Below are positions 50,712-59,811 of a stretch of DNA of 64,000 nt, piece by piece (the stretch's first letter is position 1; each line of letters starts with the position of its first letter). The notes below the pieces were generated by a model. It was not told the origin of the DNA. It ran no database searches and saw only the letters and a program-made list of their open reading frames with translations. The stretch is from Candidatus Eiseniibacteriota bacterium (lineage in GTDB: Bacteria > Eisenbacteria > RBG-16-71-46): contig JBGPFC010000003.1 in assembly GCA_041483195.1 (NCBI GenBank), positions 141,497-205,496 on the forward strand. Direction: 5' to 3'. Made by a program: the position numbers and the translations under genes.

Positions 50712-51899
50712 TCAGCGCACCGCGCCCGTAACCCTCACCACCATCCCGCTAGACGTATTGTTCCCGCCCACCGGATTGATCGTCCCACGCACCAGGTAGT
50801 ACACGCTTCCGTCCGGCCCCACGCGCAGGTCCACCGGGCCCAGGATCAGCGTGGGCCCGAGCACGCCGTGATGCGCTGGCGATGCCGGATCGATCCAGCG
50901 GATCTCGCTCCGGCAGTAGTCGGCGAACAGGTAGCGCCCGATCCATTCGCGCGGCAGAATCGCGGCGGGCGGGTCGTAGAACGCGCCGCCCGTGATCGCG
51001 CATCCGGCGGAGTGGTCGTAGCTGTACACCGGGAATCGGAATTTCGGATTGGCCCCCGGCCCCGCGTAGAGCGGCCAGCCGTAGTTCGCGCCCGCCACGC
51101 CCTCGTTGATCTCCTCGTAATTGCTCCCGCCGACGTCGTCGATGAAGATGCGTCCGGTGCGCGGCTCGACGTCGAACGTGAATGCGTTCGCGAAGCCGCG
51201 CGCCCAGATCGCGCGGTGGTGGCCGCTCGTCAGACGCAGGAACGGATTATCGCCGGGGATGCTGCCGTCGGGGTTGATGCGCAGCAGCTTGCCGAACGTG
51301 GAGCCGAGGCTTTGCGAGAGCGCGTCGTCGCCGTTGTCGCCGGTGCTGGTGTAGAGCTTGCCGTCGCGCCCGAAGTGGAGCGCGCCGCCCACGTGATGGT
51401 GCGCGTTGTCGTCGTCGAGATCGAAGAGCGTGGTCGCGCTTCCCGCGAGCGCGGTGTCGCCCGATGCGATCACGCGCACGATCCGGCTGTGGCGATGCGG
51501 CGGGGCGACCGTGTAGCACACGTAGACGAAATGATTGCTCGCGAAGCGGGGATCGAACGCCACGCTCAGCAGCCCTTCCTCGATGTCGGGCACGGTGGGC
51601 GCGATCAGGAACGGCTTGGCAAGCAGCGCGCCGCCTCGGATCACGCGCAGCCTCCCGCCCTGCTCGCACACGAACACGCGGCCATCGGGCGCGACCGCCA
51701 TGCTCACCGGGCTGTTGAGCGAGTCGGCGATCACCGTCTCGACGAGGCCCTCGTGGATGCGCGAGACGACGCGCGTGCCGCGGGCGGGCGCGATCCCGGC
51801 GGGCGATTGGGCGGGCGCGGCGCCCGCGTGCACCGCCGCCCCAATCAAGAGGGCGAGCGCGACGAGCAGCTGCACCCGCCCCGGGCGTGCACGGCTCAC
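50712..51899 (-). CDS. PQQ-dependent sugar dehydrogenase (GSDH/sorbosone dehydrogenase-like)
   Basis: Signal peptide; EEGLLSVAFDP.F, HHVGGALHFGRDGKLY.STGD, GKLLRINPDGSIP.DNPF, GANYGWP. Confidence 0.88.
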   Translation of the reverse strand: MSRARPGRVQLLVALALLIGAAVHAGAAPAQSPAGIAPARGTRVVSRIHEGLVETVIADSLNSPVSMAVAPDGRVFVCEQGGRLRVIRGGALLAKPFLIAPTVPDIEEGLLSVAFDPRFASNHFVYVCYTVAPPHRHSRIVRVIASGDTALAGSATTLFDLDDDNAHHHVGGALHFGRDGKLYTSTGDNGDDALSQSLGSTFGKLLRINPDGSIPGDNPFLRLTSGHHRAIWARGFANAFTFDVEPRTGRIFIDDVGGSNYEEINEGVAGANYGWPLYAGPGANPKFRFPVYSYDHSAGCAITGGAFYDPPAAILPREWIGRYLFADYCRSEIRWIDPASPAHHGVLGPTLILGPVDLRVGPDGSVYYLVRGTINPVGGNNTSSGMVVRVTGAVR

Positions 51900-51912
51900 G
51901 CGCGCGATGCGG

Positions 51913-53118
51913 CTATTCCTTCGGCGGGATCGCGGCCGCGCGCTCGGCGCTCGACATGGGCTTCTTCGCGCGAATGAGATCGCGCGCCCAGTCCACCAGG
52001 CCCCACCGGTTCCAGAGCAGCGCCCCGCACACGGTGTCCTCGCGCAGGTAGAAGATCACGCCCTCGCGGAATTCCTCGGTCCACACCGCCTCGACCGGGC
52101 GGCTCGGATCGAGGTCGCCCACCGCCTCCCAGCCGAGCTCGAAGAGGTCCGAGTAGAACATCGGGAGCGCCGTGTACGGCTGATTGGCCCCCGCCATGTT
52201 GGCGCCGGCGGCCTTGCCATGCTGGATCGCGTGATCCCAGTGCTCGACCCGCGTGCGCATCTCGAGCGCGATGTACGGAAACTCCGCCACGTCGCCGGCC
52301 GCGTAGATGTTCGGGTCGGAGGTGCGCGCGTACTCGTCCACCTCGATCCCGTGGCCGACCTCGAGATCGGCGGCCTCCGCGAGCTCGACGTTGGGCGAGA
52401 TCCCGGCCCCGATCAGCACCAGCTCGGTGTTCACCGTGTTGCGGCTGTGGGTCGTGGCCGTGATCTCGCCGTGGCGGATCTCGAACCCGGCGACGCTCTC
52501 GCCCGAGACGGTCTCGACGCCCTTCTCGCGATAGTAGTCGGCGACGAACAACCCGAGATCGCGCGGCAGCACGCGGCGCAGCGGGTACTCGTCCTTGTAG
52601 AGCAGGGTGACTTCCTTGCCGGCGTGCCGCATCGCCGCGGCCAGCTCGCAGCCGATGAATCCCCCGCCCACCACGAGCGCGTGCCGCACGTGCTTGATCT
52701 GGCTCGCGAGGTACAGGTAGTCCTCGAGCGTGCGGAAGTAGTGGATGCCCTCGCCGGTCGCGTCCTCGGCTTCGAGCAGGCGCGGCCGCCCGCCGGTCGC
52801 GAGCAGCAGCTTGTCGTACGTGTACTGCGCGCCGCGATCGTCCCAGATGGTGCGGGTCGCGGGATCCAGCTCGACCACCTCGCGGCGCAGGATCAGCTCG
52901 ACCTTCTGCCCGCGATAGAAATCGTCGGCATGCACCGGGAGCTCATCGAGCGTCTTCTTGCCGAACCAGAGATCCTTGGAGAGCGGCGGCCGGTGATAGG
53001 GCGGGTGGTTCTCGAGCGAGAGCATGAGGATCGCGCCGTCCGTGTCGCGCGATCTGATGCCCTCGATCGCGGACGCGCCGGTGAGCCCGCCGCCGACGAT
53101 GATGTACGGATAGTGCAC
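51913..53118 (-). CDS. NAD(P)/FAD-dependent oxidoreductase (ferredoxin/monodehydroascorbate reductase-like)
   Basis: IVGGGLTG, PYHRPPLSK, LLATGG, VGGGFIGCE, YAAGDVA, RVEHWDHA, PMFYSD. Confidence 0.93.
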   Translation of the reverse strand: MHYPYIIVGGGLTGASAIEGIRSRDTDGAILMLSLENHPPYHRPPLSKDLWFGKKTLDELPVHADDFYRGQKVELILRREVVELDPATRTIWDDRGAQYTYDKLLLATGGRPRLLEAEDATGEGIHYFRTLEDYLYLASQIKHVRHALVVGGGFIGCELAAAMRHAGKEVTLLYKDEYPLRRVLPRDLGLFVADYYREKGVETVSGESVAGFEIRHGEITATTHSRNTVNTELVLIGAGISPNVELAEAADLEVGHGIEVDEYARTSDPNIYAAGDVAEFPYIALEMRTRVEHWDHAIQHGKAAGANMAGANQPYTALPMFYSDLFELGWEAVGDLDPSRPVEAVWTEEFREGVIFYLREDTVCGALLWNRWGLVDWARDLIRAKKPMSSAERAAAIPPKE

Positions 53119-53173
53119 GGGGGGAGACTACCCCGTGGGCCGCCGGGATAATAGGGCGAGTGCGGGGGGCGCC

Positions 53174-54568
53174 TCAGCCGGTCGGCGCGCCCACTCCGCC
53201 CAGCTCGCGCGTGAGTCCGCGCTTCCAGGTGCCGCGCGCCGCCCACCCCACGATCAGCAGGCCGCGCACGAAGCAGGTCACGCTGATCACCCACGCGATC
53301 CCGACCACGCCGGTGCCCGTCCAGTCCGGCACCAGGAACGCGAGCGGGATGCGCAGCAGCGAGAACGAGCTGAAGATCCACGACACCGCGCGCGTGTGCC
53401 CGGAGCCCATGATCGCCTCGGCGGTCACGATCTCCATTCCGTTCACGACGATGCACAGCGAGAGCACGCGCAGGTACGGCACGCCGAGGCGCAGCACCTC
53501 CGGATCGGAGCTGAACATCGCGAGGAAGATGCGGGGCACTGCCATCAGCACCACGGTGAGCGCGCCAGACACCCATATGTTCCAGAGGAGGCCGGTGCGG
53601 ATCACGCGCGCCGCGCGATCCGGCAGCCCCGCGCCCAGGTTCTGCCCCACCAACGCCGCGCCCGCCGTGCCGAGCGCGAACGAGGTCGCGAATTGGAGCG
53701 CCTCGATGCGGTTCACGATCCCCACGATCGCCATCGAGGCGGGCCCGAAGCGCGACGCCGAGCGCACGAACGCCACGTACACGACCGAGAACAGGATGCC
53801 GATCATCGCGGCCGGCACCCCGACGCGCGCCATGCCCGCGATGCGCACCGGCTCGCCCTCGGCGCGCCGCGCGAGCGGGAACGCGCGATGCCCGCGCGCC
53901 GCCATCAGCAGGTAGCCCGCCACCATCACGCCCTGCGCGATCACCGTGGACCACGCCGCGCCCGCCACGCCCATCTTCGGGAACGGGCCCAGGCCGTAGA
54001 TGAGGAACGGATCGAGGATCGCGTTGAGCCCCACCGCGCACAGATCGATCAGGAGCGGCGTGCGCGTGTCGCCAGAGGCGCGCATGATGCTCTCGCAGGT
54101 GAACGCCATCATCGGCAGCGGCGCGCCCATGAGCACCACGCTCAGGAAGGCCACGCCGCTCGCGGCGGAGTGAGGGTCCGGATTCATCAGGGCGACGATG
54201 CGCCGCGCGAAGAAGATGCCGGCGACGGTGCCCGCGAGCCCGAGCAGCGCGGAGGCGCGCAACCCCTTGTACGCAGCGACGCCGGCGCGGCGGCGATCAC
54301 CCGCGCCCAGCAGCTGGCTCGCGTAGGCGGTGACGCCGATCGCGAAGACGTCGTTGAGCGCGTACACCCACCACATCACGAACAGCGAGGTCGTGACGGC
54401 CGCGGTCGCCTGCACGCCGAGCCCGCGCACCCAGATCGCGTCCACCCACTGATAGGCGAGCCGCAGCATCTGCGAGGCCAGCACCGGCAGCGCGAGCGAA
54501 ATCAGCGCGCGCGGAATGGGCTGCGTGACGCCGGCGGGAAGCGACGGCGCGGGAGTGGATGCGCTCAG
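53174..54568 (-). CDS. MATE-family efflux transporter
   Basis: LALPV, WVDAIWV, SQLLGAGD, RASGDTRTPL, NAILDPFLI, MGVAGAAWST, GQNLGAG; probable CTG start after GGAG. Confidence 0.92.
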   Translation of the reverse strand: MSASTPAPSLPAGVTQPIPRALISLALPVLASQMLRLAYQWVDAIWVRGLGVQATAAVTTSLFVMWWVYALNDVFAIGVTAYASQLLGAGDRRRAGVAAYKGLRASALLGLAGTVAGIFFARRIVALMNPDPHSAASGVAFLSVVLMGAPLPMMAFTCESIMRASGDTRTPLLIDLCAVGLNAILDPFLIYGLGPFPKMGVAGAAWSTVIAQGVMVAGYLLMAARGHRAFPLARRAEGEPVRIAGMARVGVPAAMIGILFSVVYVAFVRSASRFGPASMAIVGIVNRIEALQFATSFALGTAGAALVGQNLGAGLPDRAARVIRTGLLWNIWVSGALTVVLMAVPRIFLAMFSSDPEVLRLGVPYLRVLSLCIVVNGMEIVTAEAIMGSGHTRAVSWIFSSFSLLRIPLAFLVPDWTGTGVVGIAWVISVTCFVRGLLIVGWAARGTWKRGLTRELGGVGAPTG

Positions 54569-54868
54569 GGCGGATCTCCGTGGAGGGCTGGGCGTTCGCG
54601 GCCGGCTCGGGCGGCGGCGGACGCAGAGAAGTGCGGAACGACGCGGCTCGCGGAGTAAGCGCGGGAGCCTAGGCGGGGTGTGGGGTGGGGTCAAACGTGG
54701 CGGGGCTCCCGTGCGGGTCTTTGCCCGCCAGGCCCGACACCGGGCCGATCGTTCCAGCCGGTCAACTCTCCCACCGCCGGTGCCGATAACTCACGAGCGC
54801 CGCCGCGGGCCGGTCCCAGCCGGAAGACCGCGTGGTCCTCGCATCCACCCACCACGATCGGGGCACCC

Positions 54869-56725
54869 GTGGCCAAGAAGAGCAAAGCGCGCCCCCGAGA
54901 TCTGACCCGGTCCCTCGGGCCGGTCGCCCGGTTCCTGCTCAAGAGCCAGCTCCTGACGGTATTCCTGGTTCTGTGCGTGCTCGGTGTCGTCGTGGGCGCT
55001 CAGTCGCGCCCCGACCCCCACGCGGTCCCATACGCCGAACTGTTCAACCAGATGAGCGTGGTCTCGTACCGCGAGTCGCCATCGGATACCACCGCGCGCT
55101 TCCTGGTCGAGCTCTCGGCCGGCGGCAAGGTCTTCCGTCAGTATGACGTCGATGCGCGGAGCTTCATGCCCGCGGCGCGCGACCACGACTACAACCGCAC
55201 CATCACGGGCACCTTCTATCGCCCGCTCCAGGTGCGCGGACACGTGGCCGAGGGTCTCTGGCTCGAGGTCCCGCGCTACTCCGGACGCTCGCTCCTGCCC
55301 GAGCAGTTCAACGAGCTGTACCGCGCCACGCTCGATTTCGTGAGGCCGGTCTCGCTGATGGCCAACGTGCTCGGCACACTCTCCGGCTACTCGGTGGGCT
55401 ATCGCCTCGCCACCTGGAACAGCTCGCTGTGCAGCCGCAAGGTGCAGGAGCGCGTGCTCGCGACGCCGGACCTGGGGCGCGTGCTCGCGCGCGAGGCATG
55501 GCGACGCGTGCTGCTCGAGCCGGTGGTGATGGGCGACGAGGACGACGTGACGCGCTTTGCCGCGGTCCGCGGTGCGCAGCGCCTCTATACCAACTTCTTC
55601 CGCATCGCGCTGAACGACAGCGACGGTTTCATTCCGCGCGAGGCCGCGCGCCTGGCGCTGCTCGGCCACGTCGACGAGTCCCGCGCGATGCTCGCTTTCG
55701 CCGAGGCGGTACACCATGCGACGCTCGATACCGTGCAGGTCGCGAGCGCCGACTTCAGCGCCGTCGAGCGTTGGGCGAGCCTGCTCGTCCGGCGCGGGCA
55801 CTGGGCGTACGACGCGATCCCGCCCGCGGGCGAGGAGCGTGCCCGGTACCTCGGCGTGCTGGCGTGGTACGGCGTCGCACCGCCGGCCCCCGAGGTGGAC
55901 CGCGTCTGGGTGGGGCCGCGCATGCTCGTGCGGGACGGCGAGACCGAGGGCTTCGTGGCGGACGAGATCCCGGCGACCGGAGTGGGCTGTCCGATCGCCT
56001 GGCGCGCGCGGCTGCGGGAGGAGAAGACGGGCACCAACGCGATGGCGAGCGCATGGTTCTCCGATCGTCCAGAGTTCACGGCGCTCGCAGCACTCGGGGT
56101 GCGTGTGGCGAGCGGGGTCGCAAGCGTCGGGCGAGAAATCGCAGCACGGCGCTTGGCCGCGCCGAACGCGCCAGACGCGCCGGCTCGGGGGCTCGATCCG
56201 ACTGCCACGATCGCCGCCGCGTTCACCAGCCGCATCACCGTCGTTGCCGCGAAGGCAGCGGCCGATACGGCGCTACTCCGCCAGGTGAGTTACCCGTCCC
56301 GCTCGGCGGATTACTGGGGCGTCGGGATCCGCGACCCTCGCGATCCGACTCCGTGCTTCGCGCAGCTCCACCTGGCGCAGGGGCAGGCCATCGCGACCAC
56401 CGGCGAGTACGAGCAGTTCGACGTGGCCGGCGGCAAGACCTTCACGAGCGACCCGCGGACGCCCTCCGGACCTCAGGTCGCGGGACTGGCCTCGGTCACA
56501 GTGCTGGCGTCGAGCGCGATGACGGCGGACTCCGCGAGTGTCGCCCTGCTCGGGATGGGGCCAGCCGACGCGAAGCGGATGGCTCGCGAGCAGGCCGATC
56601 TCTCCGTAATCCTCGTCGAGCGCGGGGCCGACGGGATCGACACGCTCTGGGTCGAGTCGGACCTCAGAGGGCGGTTCGTGCTCCAGAGCGAATGCGGCGA
56701 GCGACTCCGGGTGGAGTACTACTGA
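54869..56725 (+). CDS. Membrane-anchored hypothetical protein with degenerate C-terminal ApbE-like half-domain
   Basis: N-terminal TM segment; C-terminal WGVGIRDPRD...AIATTGEYE...DPRT...SVTVLA..AMTADSAS.AL..MG. Confidence 0.7.
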   Translation: MAKKSKARPRDLTRSLGPVARFLLKSQLLTVFLVLCVLGVVVGAQSRPDPHAVPYAELFNQMSVVSYRESPSDTTARFLVELSAGGKVFRQYDVDARSFMPAARDHDYNRTITGTFYRPLQVRGHVAEGLWLEVPRYSGRSLLPEQFNELYRATLDFVRPVSLMANVLGTLSGYSVGYRLATWNSSLCSRKVQERVLATPDLGRVLAREAWRRVLLEPVVMGDEDDVTRFAAVRGAQRLYTNFFRIALNDSDGFIPREAARLALLGHVDESRAMLAFAEAVHHATLDTVQVASADFSAVERWASLLVRRGHWAYDAIPPAGEERARYLGVLAWYGVAPPAPEVDRVWVGPRMLVRDGETEGFVADEIPATGVGCPIAWRARLREEKTGTNAMASAWFSDRPEFTALAALGVRVASGVASVGREIAARRLAAPNAPDAPARGLDPTATIAAAFTSRITVVAAKAAADTALLRQVSYPSRSADYWGVGIRDPRDPTPCFAQLHLAQGQAIATTGEYEQFDVAGGKTFTSDPRTPSGPQVAGLASVTVLASSAMTADSASVALLGMGPADAKRMAREQADLSVILVERGADGIDTLWVESDLRGRFVLQSECGERLRVEYY

Positions 56726-56984
56726 GGTCGACGTTCAGCGCGAGTCGCCCGCGCGACGACGCGGTCGGGGCCGGAACTCCGGATGCCTGACGGTGCGCAA
56801 CAAGGGTCGGGCGGCTACTCACCATTACAATCACCCCTAGGTAACTCCTCCCGCCGGCCATACAATTATTCATTGAGCGCCTCCGCGTCTTCCGGGGAAG
56901 GGACTCCTCAGGACGGGCGTCGATGCGGGCTCGCCCGGTGCCAATCATGGCGCGGGCCGCACCCTTGCCCCCGAGGAGTCGCCC

Positions 56985-59753
56985 ATGTTTCGCGCCTCGA
57001 AGCTCCCATCCACGTTCGTGTTCCTGCTCCTCGCCGCGCCCCTCGCCGGCGCCTCCACCGCCCCGACCACTCCGACCTTCGTGCTGGCCTGGGGAAACGA
57101 GGGCTCGGCCAACGCGCAGTTCGAGAGTCCAATCGGGCTCGCGACGGACGCGCTCGGCAACATCTACGTTGCGGACATGTCGAACCACCGCATCCAGAAG
57201 TTCGACCGGCTCGGGAATTTCATTGCCAGGTGGGGATCGCTGGGAAGCGGCAATGGCCAGTTCAACAACCCGGGGGGCGTGGCCGTCGATCCCAGCGGCA
57301 ACGTGTTCGTGTCGGATCAGGGCAACAACCGGATCCAGAAGTTCACGAGCGCCGGCACCTACCTCGGCCAATGGGGCACACCCGGAACCGGCAACAGCCA
57401 GTTCAGCACCCCGTTCGGCGTCGCCACCGACGCCGCGGGCAACGTCTACGTCGCGGATCGGTCCAATCAGCGGATCCAGAAGTTCAACGGTGCGGGCACC
57501 TATCTCACCCAGTGGGGCTCCCCCGGCACCGGCGACGGGGAGTTCAAGTACCCCACGTGTGTCGCACTCGACGCCGCCGGCAACGTCTACGTCGCGGATC
57601 AGTTCAACGACCGGATTCAGAAGTTCACAGGCACCGGCGCCTACCTCGCCCAGTGGGGTACGTCAGGGAGTGGCAACGGGGAGTTCGATGCGCCCACCGG
57701 GATCGCCACCGACGCGGTCGGAAACGTGTACGTGGCGGATCAGAACAACTTTCGCATTCAGAAGTTCAGCGGCACGGGCACGCAGCTCACCGCGTGGGGC
57801 TCGATCGGATCCGGCAACGGACAGTTCAGCTACCCGACCGGCATGGCGATCGATGCGGCCGGCAATGTTTACGTGGCGGACAACAACAATCACCGCATCC
57901 AGAAATTCAGCGGCGCCGGAGCGGCGCTCTCCGAGCCGGCAGGCAAGTTCCTGTTGACGTGGGGCTCGTTCGGCTCCGGCGACTCGCAGTTCTACTACCC
58001 CAACGGCCTGGGCACCGACGCCGCCGGCAACATCTACGTCGCGGATGCGTTCAACCACCGCATCCAGAAGTTCACGTCAGTGGGTTCCTACATCACCCAG
58101 TGGGGCTCGAACGGAACCGGCATCTCGCAGTTCGCCTACCCCCGCGCCGTGGCCGTCGACGGCGCCGGCAACGTCTTCGTCGTGGACCAGAACAACAGTC
58201 GCATCCAGAAGTTCACGGGAACGGGTACCTACATCAGCCAGTGGGGATCGTCGGGCAGCGGCAACTCCCAGTTCAGTCAGCCCAACAGCCTGGCCATCGA
58301 CGCTGCCGGCAATGTCTACGTCGCGGATTCGAACAACAACCGCGTCCAGGAGTTCACGGGCGCGGGCGCCTTCGTGACCAAGTGGGGCACATTGGGGAGC
58401 GGCAACGGGCAGTTCATGAACACTTCCGGCATCGCGATTGACCCGGCAGGCAACGTCTACGTCTCGGATAATGGCAACAGTCGAATCCAGAAGTTCACCG
58501 CCGCGGGCGCCTACGTCACTCAGTGGGGCTCGTTGGGCAGTGGCAACGGTCAGTTCGCGACCCCTACGCACCTGGCCACCGACGCCGCCGGCAACCTCTA
58601 CGTCTCGGACTACAGCAACAGCCGCATCCAGAAGTTCACCGGCGCGGGCACCTACCTCTCACAGTTCGGCTCGGGCGGATCCGGCAACGGCCAATTCAGC
58701 GGCACGGCCGGAGTTGCGCTCGACGCTGCCGGCAATGTCTACGTCGCAGATGTGTTCAACCATCGCGTCGAGAAGTTCGCCACTCCCCCGGCCATCGCGC
58801 TGACCTCGGACGTCCGCAACGACCAGGGCCGCCAGGCGCAGCTCCGGATCCTGCGCTCGTCGGCGGATTCACCCGGGTCCGGCGCCATCGTCACCGGCTA
58901 CGAGGTCTATCGTCGCAACGATCCGCTGCCGGGGGCCACGAATGCGAGCGAGGTCTCGGATGCCTCATCCCTCGCGGCCTCGCCCTCGAGCATCGCGCTC
59001 GCCGGCTGGACCTATCTCATGACCGCGCCCGCCCACGGCGAGACCGAGTACAGCGTCGTGGTGCCGACGCTGGTGGACGCCACCGCCGCCGCGCTCGAGT
59101 ACTCGGCCTTCATGGTGCGCGCCGCGACCGGCGACCCGTTCACGTTCTTCGACTCGGGCGTCGAGAACGGATTCTCCGTGGACAATCTTCCACCGCCCGC
59201 GCCCGCGCCATTCACGGCCGCGTACCTGGCGGGCGCGACGCACCTTCATTGGGGGGTGAGCCCCGCCGCCGACTTCGCGACGTTCAAGCTCTATCGCGGG
59301 ACGAGCGCGGGATTCATTCCCGGCGCAGGCAATCTGGTGGCGGCGAGCGCGGACACGGGTGCGGCAGATGTGGGACCCGCCGGCGGTTACTACAAGCTCT
59401 CGGCGGTGGACCGGAACGGGAACGAGAGCGCGTTCGCGACGCTCGGTCCCAATGGCACCACGGACGTGTCCCCGCTGAAGGCGGTGGCGTTCGCACTCGA
59501 GAACGCGCGGCCGAATCCCTCGCACGGCACGAAGATTATCTTGTGGTTCGCGCTGCCGAGTTCCGAGCCCGCCACGCTGGAGCTGCTGGACGTCGCGGGC
59601 CGCCGCGTCATCGAGCGCGCGGTCGAATCGATGGGCGCCGGGCGTCACGAGGCCGACCTCACGCCCGCTCGCGGCCTGTCCGCGGGCGTGTATTTTGCGC
59701 GGCTCGTTCAGGGCCACAACACTCGTGTGGCGCGGTTCGCGGTGGTGAATTAG
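56985..59753 (+). CDS. Secreted 6+6 NHL-repeat protein with Fn3-like domains and T9SS-like CTD
   Basis: GAGGAG RBS; signal peptide; 12 NHL repeats with a linker after repeat 6; DVRNDQG...SVDNLPP; RPNPS...DVAGRRV...AGVYFARL. Confidence 0.92.
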   Translation: MFRASKLPSTFVFLLLAAPLAGASTAPTTPTFVLAWGNEGSANAQFESPIGLATDALGNIYVADMSNHRIQKFDRLGNFIARWGSLGSGNGQFNNPGGVAVDPSGNVFVSDQGNNRIQKFTSAGTYLGQWGTPGTGNSQFSTPFGVATDAAGNVYVADRSNQRIQKFNGAGTYLTQWGSPGTGDGEFKYPTCVALDAAGNVYVADQFNDRIQKFTGTGAYLAQWGTSGSGNGEFDAPTGIATDAVGNVYVADQNNFRIQKFSGTGTQLTAWGSIGSGNGQFSYPTGMAIDAAGNVYVADNNNHRIQKFSGAGAALSEPAGKFLLTWGSFGSGDSQFYYPNGLGTDAAGNIYVADAFNHRIQKFTSVGSYITQWGSNGTGISQFAYPRAVAVDGAGNVFVVDQNNSRIQKFTGTGTYISQWGSSGSGNSQFSQPNSLAIDAAGNVYVADSNNNRVQEFTGAGAFVTKWGTLGSGNGQFMNTSGIAIDPAGNVYVSDNGNSRIQKFTAAGAYVTQWGSLGSGNGQFATPTHLATDAAGNLYVSDYSNSRIQKFTGAGTYLSQFGSGGSGNGQFSGTAGVALDAAGNVYVADVFNHRVEKFATPPAIALTSDVRNDQGRQAQLRILRSSADSPGSGAIVTGYEVYRRNDPLPGATNASEVSDASSLAASPSSIALAGWTYLMTAPAHGETEYSVVVPTLVDATAAALEYSAFMVRAATGDPFTFFDSGVENGFSVDNLPPPAPAPFTAAYLAGATHLHWGVSPAADFATFKLYRGTSAGFIPGAGNLVAASADTGAADVGPAGGYYKLSAVDRNGNESAFATLGPNGTTDVSPLKAVAFALENARPNPSHGTKIILWFALPSSEPATLELLDVAGRRVIERAVESMGAGRHEADLTPARGLSAGVYFARLVQGHNTRVARFAVVN

Positions 59754-59811
59754 CTTCTCCCCCGCGCGTGCCGGCACATGCCGGCGGCCGACCCGTGGAA
59801 AGGAGACCGCG

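Noticed and set aside
56820..56880. AT-rich patch with two TACAAT hexamers upstream of the NHL gene
   Set aside because: Plausibly the promoter, but no convincing -35 element or operator could be assigned.
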